Assembly: GCF_000015585.1 (NCBI RefSeq)
Contig: NC_008789.1
Location: forward strand, 2,040,001 to 2,072,000
Reading direction: 5' to 3'
DNA length: 32,000 bases
Source: Halorhodospira halophila SL1
Lineage (GTDB): Bacteria; Pseudomonadota; Gammaproteobacteria; Nitrococcales; Halorhodospiraceae
In this document: in pieces, positions 23,441 to 31,439 of the stretch
Layout of the letters: the number at the start of each line of letters is the position of its first letter
Position numbering within the stretch: the stretch's first letter is position 1
Notes under the pieces: generated by a model
The model's database searches: none
Told to the model about the DNA's origin: nothing
What the model saw: only the letters and a program-made list of their open reading frames with translations
Translations under genes and position numbers: made by a program

Positions 23441-25489
23441 CCCGAGGCGCACCTCGCGGCGCTCCCCCTGCACCCGCGGTGCCGCCAGGTACCGCTCATC
23501 GGTGGCGTTGCGCACGCGCAGATCGAGCCGCGTACCCTCCGGCCACTGGTAAATCGCCCCGAGGCTGTGCAGGGTGTAACCGTCGGTGCGGTAGTCGTTG
23601 GCATCGTCCAGGTACCAGCCGCCGACATACTCGGCGCAGTACCAGAGACGGAGCGCCAGGGGGGTGTAGGCGCCCAGATCGTGATCCACCTCCAGACCAG
23701 CCAGGTGGCGCGGCACCCCTTCAAAATGGTTCCCCCGCTCCGCCGGCTCATCCTCGTCGTAGTTGCGACTGCGCTGGAGGGTGGCGTTGGGAGCGATCCG
23801 CCAAGCCCCGGTGTCCAGGACGTAGCGGGCCTCCACCCCCTCCACCTCGACCTCGCCGACAGCCCGGAAGTAGTCCTCCTCCGAATACGCCTCATCCTCC
23901 TGCGGCAGGTTCTCCTCCCGCAGGTGGTAGGCGGCCACCACCAGCTGCTGCCGGCGATCCGGCGCATACCGCCACCCCAGCTCAGTGACGGCGCTCTCGC
24001 GCGAGGGGAGGAAGTCGCCGTGTCGGTCGATGCCCTCGTTGGGGCGTATGCCGGTGCCCGCATGGGCGAACAACTGCGCGCGACGGGTCACGTCCAGCTG
24101 CAGCCCGGCCTGCCAGGTGAGCGCCCGGTCCTCGGCAGCAATCGCCAGTTCCGGATCGTCTTCATTCGCCTTACGAACCTCGTACTCGGTATGACGCACA
24201 CCGGCGGTGAAGGCCCACCGCGCCCCCACCTCCAGCCGGTTGGCGAGATAGGCCCCGTAGCGGTCGGTCTCCTCGGGCCGCTCCTGCCGCGTCAGGGCCA
24301 GGTTGGACAGTTCGATGCCCGCAAAATCTGGATCTCTGGGATCGACACTGAACTGTTGCCACCAGTCGTCATCGTCATCCCAATAGCGAAGCTGATCGCG
24401 CCGGAAGTCGATCTCCTGCCGATGCATGTCCCCACCGACCACCCAGTGCCACCGAGTCCGGGCGGTATCGTGTTCATACTCGAGCTGGAGCCGTAGATCG
24501 TCCTGGGTGTACTGATCGTCGATCCGGGCCGCGTACCCGGCCACCGGCTCCGGCGCCGGCAATAGGCCAAAGGAGTAGAACCCCACGATCGCCTCCTCCC
24601 GCTCCACCTCCGAGTGCGCAGCGCGCAGGGAGACCGCGAGACCCTCGGTCAGCGCGTGGTCCCAGTAGAGCGCCGTGCGCTGGTAGCGCCGGTCACTCTC
24701 CTGATCCGGGCTGTGCAGCGGGGTGTCGTAGACCGGGCCATCCTCCAGCCAGACGGTGCCCATGTCGTAGGGCTGCCGATTGCGCTGGAACCCGTGCTCG
24801 AGCCGGAGCTCGCCGTCGGCGTGGTAGCGCCACGCCAGGCCGGCAAGGGCGTGGAGCCGCTCGGTCTGCTGCTCGGCGGGCCGGCTTTCGCCGTCCTGGC
24901 CGGCAAGGGTCAGGCGGTAGGCCAGGTGGTCCCCAACGGGCCCAGTGGTATCGGCCACCACCCGGCGGTGGTCAGGGTACCCCGCCTCCACGCCCACCTC
25001 GTGGGCGGGCGTGTACTCGGGCCGCTTGCCCTGGTAACGGATGGAGCCGCCAGGCGACGTCACCCCCTGGAGGATGGCGTCGGGACCGGGAACCACCTCG
25101 ACCTGCTCGACGGTGTAGGGGTCGCGGACGAAGAGCCGATCGATATCGGTCAGCCCGTTCCACTGCGGCGTGGTGACCTCGAAACCGCGGAGGGTCCAGG
25201 CCGTACCGAGCCCGCCTTCCTCGCGTCCGGCATGCGCCCCGGGGACGGCACCGGCGAGTTCCTCCAGGCGATCCGCGTTTAAACGCTCCAACGCGCCCGC
25301 TTCAAGCCCATGCCGCCGAGGTCCCTTGCGATCGCCAGGCGCGGTCACCCGGTCACCGGCCCGGACAGACGGTTCTGAGGGCGGGTCACTCACCACCGTC
25401 ACCGGCGGCAACGCATCCGCAAAAGCTCCTGTCGACCACGCGATCGCAGCCGAAGTCATGATCGACAGCACCGAGCGGTATCCCAGCAC
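23423..25489 (-). CDS. TonB-dependent outer membrane receptor (substrate unknown)
   Basis: 688 aa. Signal peptide ending AFA-DA, TonB-box-like PPVTVVSD, plug then 22-strand-type barrel sequence, and a terminal aromatic (..LGLSRRF). GTG start. Confidence 0.88.
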   Translation of the reverse strand: MLGYRSVLSIMTSAAIAWSTGAFADALPPVTVVSDPPSEPSVRAGDRVTAPGDRKGPRRHGLEAGALERLNADRLEELAGAVPGAHAGREEGGLGTAWTLRGFEVTTPQWNGLTDIDRLFVRDPYTVEQVEVVPGPDAILQGVTSPGGSIRYQGKRPEYTPAHEVGVEAGYPDHRRVVADTTGPVGDHLAYRLTLAGQDGESRPAEQQTERLHALAGLAWRYHADGELRLEHGFQRNRQPYDMGTVWLEDGPVYDTPLHSPDQESDRRYQRTALYWDHALTEGLAVSLRAAHSEVEREEAIVGFYSFGLLPAPEPVAGYAARIDDQYTQDDLRLQLEYEHDTARTRWHWVVGGDMHRQEIDFRRDQLRYWDDDDDWWQQFSVDPRDPDFAGIELSNLALTRQERPEETDRYGAYLANRLEVGARWAFTAGVRHTEYEVRKANEDDPELAIAAEDRALTWQAGLQLDVTRRAQLFAHAGTGIRPNEGIDRHGDFLPSRESAVTELGWRYAPDRRQQLVVAAYHLREENLPQEDEAYSEEDYFRAVGEVEVEGVEARYVLDTGAWRIAPNATLQRSRNYDEDEPAERGNHFEGVPRHLAGLEVDHDLGAYTPLALRLWYCAEYVGGWYLDDANDYRTDGYTLHSLGAIYQWPEGTRLDLRVRNATDERYLAAPRVQGERREVRLGLSRRF

Positions 25490-25644
25490 ACTACCCCCTT
25501 AGCGCCTCTACTCGAGTCGGCAAATCAACAGAACGCGGACGAGGGTATCGAGCCCCGCCACGTTCAGCGGTAACAAGCTCACCAGATCCACCGCCTCCGC
25601 AGCCACCCGGGATGGTATCTTTTCGATTCGCTAGAACACCCCTG

Positions 25645-25679
25645 CCCACCAGTGGTGGGTGGGGTTTGCAAGCAACCCC
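25645..25679. promoter_or_regulatory. 15-bp palindrome CCCACCA-G-TGGTGGG followed immediately by hairpin GGGGTT-tgcaagc-AACCCC, in the divergent receptor/barrel control region
   Basis: Checked base by base: 25645-25651 pairs with 25653-25659, and 25661-25666 pairs with 25674-25679. The element lies 20-54 nt upstream of the ATG at 25699. Confidence 0.4.
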
Positions 25680-25698
25680 GTCAACCGAGGGGGACACA

Positions 25699-26577
25699 AT
25701 GCCAAGGCCCGAACCAGCAGCCCGAGCCCGCAATGGCGCCGCCGGACTCTCTTCCGCTCTGCTCGCCCTCGGCCTGGGGGGAGCATCTCCCTCGGCCGCA
25801 GCCAACGAAGACCCCCTCGATTGGCGGTGGTGGCTCGGCGGCGGCATCGAGTGGTTCCACTGGGAGGAGTTCCTCGACGGCGAGCGGGAGGTCCGCGAGC
25901 AAGGTCCCCGTTTCACCCTGGAGAGCGGCGTCGATACACGCACCGGCTTTGAACCGGGGCTCGTCCTTGCGGTGACGGCCCGTTTCACGCTGGGACGGGT
26001 GGATTACGAGGGGAGCGCTCGCGGTGTCGATCCCGACGACCCGCCGGCCGCGCAGAGCGACACCGATTACCGGGGCTTCCACGCTGTCGGCGAGGCGGGG
26101 TACCGCTTCGAGCTTCACACGAACCACTTGCTTGAGCTGACCGGCGGCCTCGAGCTCGATGGCTGGAGCCGGATGCTCCAGGACACCGACGATGTGGACG
26201 ACCCGGAGATCGACACCGCCACGGGTTATACGGAGAACTATCGCGTCCTCACTGCGCGCGCCGGAGCCGGCATGGCGCACCGCCTCGGCAACGGTCACCA
26301 GCTGGAGTGGCAGCTCGGCGGCCGCTACCCCTTCTTCATCGACGAGTACGATTCGGGCACGCAGACCCCCCTTGAACCCGAGGGCCGCGGTTCGGCGTTC
26401 GCCAACCTCGAGTGGCGAACCCCTGACCAGCCCTGGTCGTTGCGCCTCTACTACGAGGCGTACGTCTTCGACGATTCCGACTGGGAGACGGCTGGCATCG
26501 ATGAGACCGTCTTGGTCAAACAGCCCCGTTCGGAGAGCTATCGAATCGGCGCTACGGCACGGTACCGTTTCGAGTAG
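25699..26577 (+). CDS. Orphan secreted protein, probable small outer-membrane beta-barrel
   Basis: ATG at 25699 preceded by GAGGGGGA. Signal peptide (AAGLSSALLALGLGGASPSAAA-NE). Alternating aromatic/hydrophilic strands throughout (WRWWLGGGIEWFHW, GYRFELH, LEWQLGGRYPFF, WSLRLYYEAYVF) and a C-terminal ATARYRFE. No family was recognised. Confidence 0.6.
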   Translation: MPRPEPAARARNGAAGLSSALLALGLGGASPSAAANEDPLDWRWWLGGGIEWFHWEEFLDGEREVREQGPRFTLESGVDTRTGFEPGLVLAVTARFTLGRVDYEGSARGVDPDDPPAAQSDTDYRGFHAVGEAGYRFELHTNHLLELTGGLELDGWSRMLQDTDDVDDPEIDTATGYTENYRVLTARAGAGMAHRLGNGHQLEWQLGGRYPFFIDEYDSGTQTPLEPEGRGSAFANLEWRTPDQPWSLRLYYEAYVFDDSDWETAGIDETVLVKQPRSESYRIGATARYRFE

Positions 26578-26586
26578 CTCCCACCC

Positions 26587-29500
26587 CTAGTCCTCGACTG
26601 TACAGAACGTCCCGTTGTCCTCTTCGCTGGAGATGGTCACATTCCCGAGGTCATCGACCTGGAGGGCTTCTCCGCCGCTCCCGCACCACTGCTCGTCACC
26701 TTCGTCGTGGTACCAGTCGTCGCCCCCATCCCGGAAGACGACGACCTGGAATGCCTCGGCGTCCGTAAACTCGTCCATTGAAGCACCACGCCGACAGTCA
26801 TCGCCAAACCTGCCGTCACTATCCACGGCGCAGGTCAGCATGATGCTGAAGTCCCCGTCTTCCTTCGCATGCTCGGGCACGAAGCGAACGCGATAGTCTG
26901 ACCCGTTCGACCCATTGAAATCCTCTACCGTGCCACCGACCTCGGCGTATTCCTCTTTCGTAAGTTCCATGATCTCGTCGATCAGAAGGCGATACCCGGT
27001 TTCCGGATTCAGCTCCAACCGGGACGCCTCTTCAACCTTCCCGATCTCCCCGAAGTAAAGGAACAGCTCTTCGGCATTATCCCCATCGGGACCCTCCCAC
27101 GCCGTGTCATCCAGGTAGAGGGGAAGACGGAATTCATCGCCCGCCTCATAAGGGATATCTTCATCCCCGTCCTGGTCCTTGTAAGCGCTGATCTGCGAAT
27201 ACCGGCTGTTGTCTTCGCCGTCCGCCGGCAGCACCTCGCCGACGAACTCCAGCACGTACGGCTGGGCACTGAGCTTTCCATCGCCGCCACCCGCACCCAC
27301 CGGCGCGTCGCCATCCCAACCGCCCGTGCGGACCGCAACCTCCTCGAGGTGCGCCTCGGCGAGCAGAACGGCATTCGCCTCGTTGAGCAGTTCCTCACCG
27401 CACCGGCGCTCACCGAGCCATAGGACCGGGTTGTCTTTCCAATCCGGATCCGACACCAGGAAGAGGTAGTTCTCTTTCTCCGCCTCTTCCTCACCATTGC
27501 ACGCGCCTTCGGCGAACTGGATGAAGTCGACCTCAAGCGCGTCTTCCGCCTCTTCATCGGGCACCCCGGTGATACGCACCACCGCATCACTGTCTTCACG
27601 CGGCAGATCGATCGCCCCTGCGGTCCCCGGTTCCGTCGGCTCGTCCGAATCGTCTGAGCTATCGTCTCGCCAGCGCAGATACTCGTGCCAAGAAGCCGCT
27701 CCCTTCTCTTCATCGCCCTCCTGCCACTCGATACCCTCGGCGTCGTACTCCAGTTTAATCCATGGGTCGTCATCACCCTCGTACTTCAGATCAAAACCGC
27801 ACTCCCCATCGATTTCTGGATACTCGCCCTCTTCGAACGGCGGCATCGAGTCCACGTATCGGCAGCCCTGGTCTTCATGGGGAACCACAATCAACTCGCC
27901 GCCCGACCCTCCTTGTTCTCCTTCTTCCTGTTCCCACCAATACTGCAGCCGATTCTCTGTCTCACCGTCTGCCAGTGTTAGGACACCATCGTCGCTGAGA
28001 CTCCATTGGAAATCCCGATACCGAAAACCGCCTTCGATGCCGTTTTCTTCGAAACGGGCCCCCGCATGGTCGATATCGAGTACGCAGAACTCCGATTCGC
28101 CGCAATCAAGCGGCTGCCCTGGGTCACCACCACGCCCAATCTCCAGGTCCGTGTGAATCGTCCCGAGCACCTGCTGATTGTCATCCCATTCGACTAACTC
28201 GAGTCCTTCCGTGATCAGGCGATACCGCTCGCTCTCACCCTCTTTAGTGGGGCGCTCATAGATATGGATCGTTCCCGAGAAGATTTGGTCGTCCGGCGAA
28301 CCGCACTCATCCAGCTCAAGACGCTTGATGGAGCCGTCCGCGTACTCGTCGGCGTCACGCTCGCCGGTTTGACACCAGGTCGGATCCTCGACCGCCTGGA
28401 GCACATCGTCGGCGAAATCGTGGAAAACGAAATCGAGCAGCCGCTCGGTGGGCTCAAACGCTCGATCCTCGTCCGGGGCGTCCTGGTTCGGTTCGTAGGC
28501 CTTCGTCTCGAGCTCGTCGGCATCCACCTCCAGAGCACGCTGGAGGTCGATCAACTTGTCGGGTTCGTCGAGATCCTCGATAAGACCACCCAGAAACGCC
28601 CAAAGGCGGCGGCGGTTTTCGGGATCATCCGCCGCTTCAGGATCAAAATGGTCCCCTGTGATCTCTCTATACAGCTTTTCTTTCTCGGCCTCGGAAAAGG
28701 TCGGATCTTCATCCAGCTCCTCACGAGCCAGATCGACAACCGCATCAGCGACTTCGTTGTCCACAACCTGGAGGGTTAGCGTCTCGGTGGAACACGCATC
28801 GTTCGACCCGGGGTCGCATGCCTCAAGTTTTACCGTGTACTCAGCATTCTTTTTGAGCGCTCCGGAATCAATCTCGACAGGCGTTCCTTTTTCTCCGATC
28901 TTGTCGTCAAGCCCGTTTTCCCCACCACCTTCAAGCGTCCAGCTCAGGGCCTCGTTGTCCTCACCCTCCAAGCGACGGCCGAATTCGTTATAGACGCGGG
29001 CGCGGACATCAATCGAATCCCGATTCTTGCCCTCGTGATCGGCAATCACCTCTCGGGGCTCGGGGCGCAGGTAAACGATATCCGGTGCGCTTGCTTCGTC
29101 GATCTTAACTTGGATCGTTCTTTCGCGTTCCAAGTCACCATTATTCTTGCGAACCTCTATGCGCGGTTTAAAGGTCCCATTCGTATCCTCGAGCGCGTCC
29201 GACCCGCATGTCAGACGGTACGGCTTCTCCTCGTCCGGATCACAGTCTTCTTCATCCTTCCATTCGTAATCGAGTTCAGCTGATCCATCCGGGTCGTACG
29301 CCGAGACCTCATAGTGAATCTTCGCACCCTCTCGAACGGTATCGGGATAGGCCTCACCGTCCCAGCGGAGGCGGCGCTCCAGGGTGTCCGTCTCATTATC
29401 ACCGAGGCCGATCTCCATGGTGCGCTCGACGCGGGATATGCGCGGGCGCCGCTCGTCGTCCTCGAACTCGATGGTCCGTTGCGAGTCCGTCGTCCGGTCG

Positions 29501-31395
29501 TCCTCGGTGCTCGACACCTGGATCTTTATGTCGCCGGCTGAGTCCGGCGCGATGTGGAAGGTCCCGCGCAGACGCGCCTCACCGGTCTGCACCTCGGCGT
29601 CTTCCGCACAACCCGTGCATTCGACCTCGATTCCGCCTCCGTCGGGGTCACGGGCGTCGAAGCGAACATCCGCGCCTGAATTGATGGCGGCGGTACCGGG
29701 TGCATCCGTTGAGAGCTCTAGCGGACTGCCTTCGGCGGCGATGTCGACCGCTTCGGTCTCGTCGTCCCCCTCGAAGCCGAAGGATTTGGTCTCGCCAACA
29801 GCCCGGAGTTCCATGTCCGAGCGGCAGGGTACGCCACTGATGCGGTAGAGCCCGTCGCTGCCGGTCGTCGACCGTTCGGAGAAGTAGGCGCTGCTCCGTG
29901 CATCGCGCACTTGTACCGTGCGGTCCGGCTGGCCAACCCCGCCTGCCGTCACCTCCCCCTGCACACTGCAGGTGTAGGGGTTCTCGAGCTCGATTGTCGG
30001 CACATCAGCGGCGCAGACTCCTCCCTCGACAACCGAGAAATCGCTTCCGGACTCCTGCGTGTCTTCGTCAGCGGCTTGGGCCTTGAAGGTCTCCCGCTCG
30101 AGAAGGCGGTTGTTCCAGATTTCCAGCTCCCACTTGCCGTCTTCCTCGGGGCTCGCTTCGGTGACCGTGCTCAGAGTGCCGTTCACGATGGAGACCCGCT
30201 CCCGGTGCCCGTCGGGCGAAGTCAAACGCGCATTGCCGGTATAGGAACCACCCCCCTGTTCGTAGTCCACATCCGCCTGGATGCAGTAGTCATCGCCCGC
30301 CTCGCGGCGTTCGGCGAGCAAAAGCCAGTCGCTGGTGAGCGTCCCCGAGCCGAACTCAATCGTGAGTCCGTCGCTGCCGTCGCGCTGAGCACGGCCGGCT
30401 ACACGCCAGTCTCCGCGCTCGCGCAGGTAGACCGTCCAATCGTCGGAATCCTGCAGGTCTTCGACCTCCTGAAGGGTCACAACAGCCGGGCCACCCCCTT
30501 CCTCGGTAAAGGTTACGGGGTCATCGCCATCATCGCGCAGGCGCAACTGGACAAAGGCTTCGGGTTGCAGGCGGTGGGCGGCACCGCCAGGGGGGTCGAG
30601 GTTGATCGGGCTTTGCCCGCCATCGGCTTCGCTCCCGTGACCCCGATTATCACCCGGAAGGACATCCCAGTCCTCATCGGTAAACACCTGCGAACGCGCC
30701 AGGTGGAAGGCGCTGACCTCCCCTTCGACCCGGTCTGCCGCAATCTCGACCTTTAGGCCTGCCTCATCATCCTCGAACGTCGCCGTACTGCTGCTGGCTG
30801 CACCCACAACGGCGCCTTCAGCGTCATTAAAGGAGAAGGCATCCACCCACTCCTCGACCATGTCCTCGTCGAGCTGGAGCAGGTCATCCTCGAGGGACTC
30901 CCCCTCACTGCTACGGAACGTCCTGCTGGCGACGGCATATCCATCCCGGCGCAATTCCACGACCGCCCGGTCGATGGAGCGATCGAACTCATCCTCGGTG
31001 ATCTCCAGTTCGATGTGCCCGTCGTCGTCGGTCTGACCGAGTATCGGTTCGGACTCGTTTATGGGGTTACCGTCGCGGTCGTAGAGTTCAACCTCGACGG
31101 TCACGTCCTCGAGCAATTCCCGTCGCGATGAGCGAGTGCCTTCTTCCTCGTCCTCGCGTACAGCGACCGTTCCACTGAGTCGGACCCCTCCACTCAGTGC
31201 ATGGCCTTCCTGGGAGCCATCCCCAATCGCGGTGGCCTGGGTCCCGGTCCCGTCATCGCAACCGGCCAGCAGTAGCAAGACGCTGCACCACAGCGCTGCA
31301 GCGCCCCGGAATACATGCCCCACCCGGCGTTTGCCCGGAGGCATTCCGCGCACCGAATCGATCATCGGGGGTGTGCTTGTGAATCGCATGGCCAT
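26587..31395 (-). CDS. Giant (1,602 aa) hyper-acidic predicted lipoprotein with carboxypeptidase-regulatory-like and PKD/Ig-like modules; function unknown
   Basis: An uninterrupted 4.8-kb ORF in a lower-GC stretch where opposite-strand ORFs are all short. Lipobox LLAG-C (Cys46). Fold-like segments: LSGTVAV...VELYDRDGNPI...TDDDGHIELEI (aa about 72-135), CSVQGEVTAGG...TGSDGLYRISGVP (aa about 476-533), and DARDPDGGGIEV / YEVSAYDPDGSAELDYEW / YTVKLEACDPGS (aa about 560-880). The true start could be Met1, 3, 11 or 18. Confidence 0.85.
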   Translation of the reverse strand: MAMRFTSTPPMIDSVRGMPPGKRRVGHVFRGAAALWCSVLLLLAGCDDGTGTQATAIGDGSQEGHALSGGVRLSGTVAVREDEEEGTRSSRRELLEDVTVEVELYDRDGNPINESEPILGQTDDDGHIELEITEDEFDRSIDRAVVELRRDGYAVASRTFRSSEGESLEDDLLQLDEDMVEEWVDAFSFNDAEGAVVGAASSSTATFEDDEAGLKVEIAADRVEGEVSAFHLARSQVFTDEDWDVLPGDNRGHGSEADGGQSPINLDPPGGAAHRLQPEAFVQLRLRDDGDDPVTFTEEGGGPAVVTLQEVEDLQDSDDWTVYLRERGDWRVAGRAQRDGSDGLTIEFGSGTLTSDWLLLAERREAGDDYCIQADVDYEQGGGSYTGNARLTSPDGHRERVSIVNGTLSTVTEASPEEDGKWELEIWNNRLLERETFKAQAADEDTQESGSDFSVVEGGVCAADVPTIELENPYTCSVQGEVTAGGVGQPDRTVQVRDARSSAYFSERSTTGSDGLYRISGVPCRSDMELRAVGETKSFGFEGDDETEAVDIAAEGSPLELSTDAPGTAAINSGADVRFDARDPDGGGIEVECTGCAEDAEVQTGEARLRGTFHIAPDSAGDIKIQVSSTEDDRTTDSQRTIEFEDDERRPRISRVERTMEIGLGDNETDTLERRLRWDGEAYPDTVREGAKIHYEVSAYDPDGSAELDYEWKDEEDCDPDEEKPYRLTCGSDALEDTNGTFKPRIEVRKNNGDLERERTIQVKIDEASAPDIVYLRPEPREVIADHEGKNRDSIDVRARVYNEFGRRLEGEDNEALSWTLEGGGENGLDDKIGEKGTPVEIDSGALKKNAEYTVKLEACDPGSNDACSTETLTLQVVDNEVADAVVDLAREELDEDPTFSEAEKEKLYREITGDHFDPEAADDPENRRRLWAFLGGLIEDLDEPDKLIDLQRALEVDADELETKAYEPNQDAPDEDRAFEPTERLLDFVFHDFADDVLQAVEDPTWCQTGERDADEYADGSIKRLELDECGSPDDQIFSGTIHIYERPTKEGESERYRLITEGLELVEWDDNQQVLGTIHTDLEIGRGGDPGQPLDCGESEFCVLDIDHAGARFEENGIEGGFRYRDFQWSLSDDGVLTLADGETENRLQYWWEQEEGEQGGSGGELIVVPHEDQGCRYVDSMPPFEEGEYPEIDGECGFDLKYEGDDDPWIKLEYDAEGIEWQEGDEEKGAASWHEYLRWRDDSSDDSDEPTEPGTAGAIDLPREDSDAVVRITGVPDEEAEDALEVDFIQFAEGACNGEEEAEKENYLFLVSDPDWKDNPVLWLGERRCGEELLNEANAVLLAEAHLEEVAVRTGGWDGDAPVGAGGGDGKLSAQPYVLEFVGEVLPADGEDNSRYSQISAYKDQDGDEDIPYEAGDEFRLPLYLDDTAWEGPDGDNAEELFLYFGEIGKVEEASRLELNPETGYRLLIDEIMELTKEEYAEVGGTVEDFNGSNGSDYRVRFVPEHAKEDGDFSIMLTCAVDSDGRFGDDCRRGASMDEFTDAEAFQVVVFRDGGDDWYHDEGDEQWCGSGGEALQVDDLGNVTISSEEDNGTFCTVED
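31258..31395 (-). other. Lipoprotein signal peptide and lipobox (L-A-G-C) of the giant protein, followed by Asp-Asp at +2/+3
   Basis: Basic n-region (GKRR), hydrophobic core ALWCSVLLLL, then AG|CDDGTG. The Cys codon is at 31258-31260 (gca on the plus strand). Confidence 0.75.
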
Positions 31396-31439
31396 GCTTT
31401 GTCCATCCTTGATGAGTTCGCGAACGCTGTGGCTTCCGG

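Noticed and set aside
25490-25698. Possible cobalamin riboswitch or Fur/Zur box upstream of the TonB-dependent receptor
   Set aside because: I looked on both strands for a B12 box (AGCCAGGAGACCTGCC-like) and the GGTGAAAxTCC / CCCGCCACTG core in the right order. I found only a partial CCCGCCACG on the wrong strand. The best Fur-box alignment (gatggtatcttttcgattc) matches only about half of the 19-bp consensus. Neither is supportable without a covariance-model scan.
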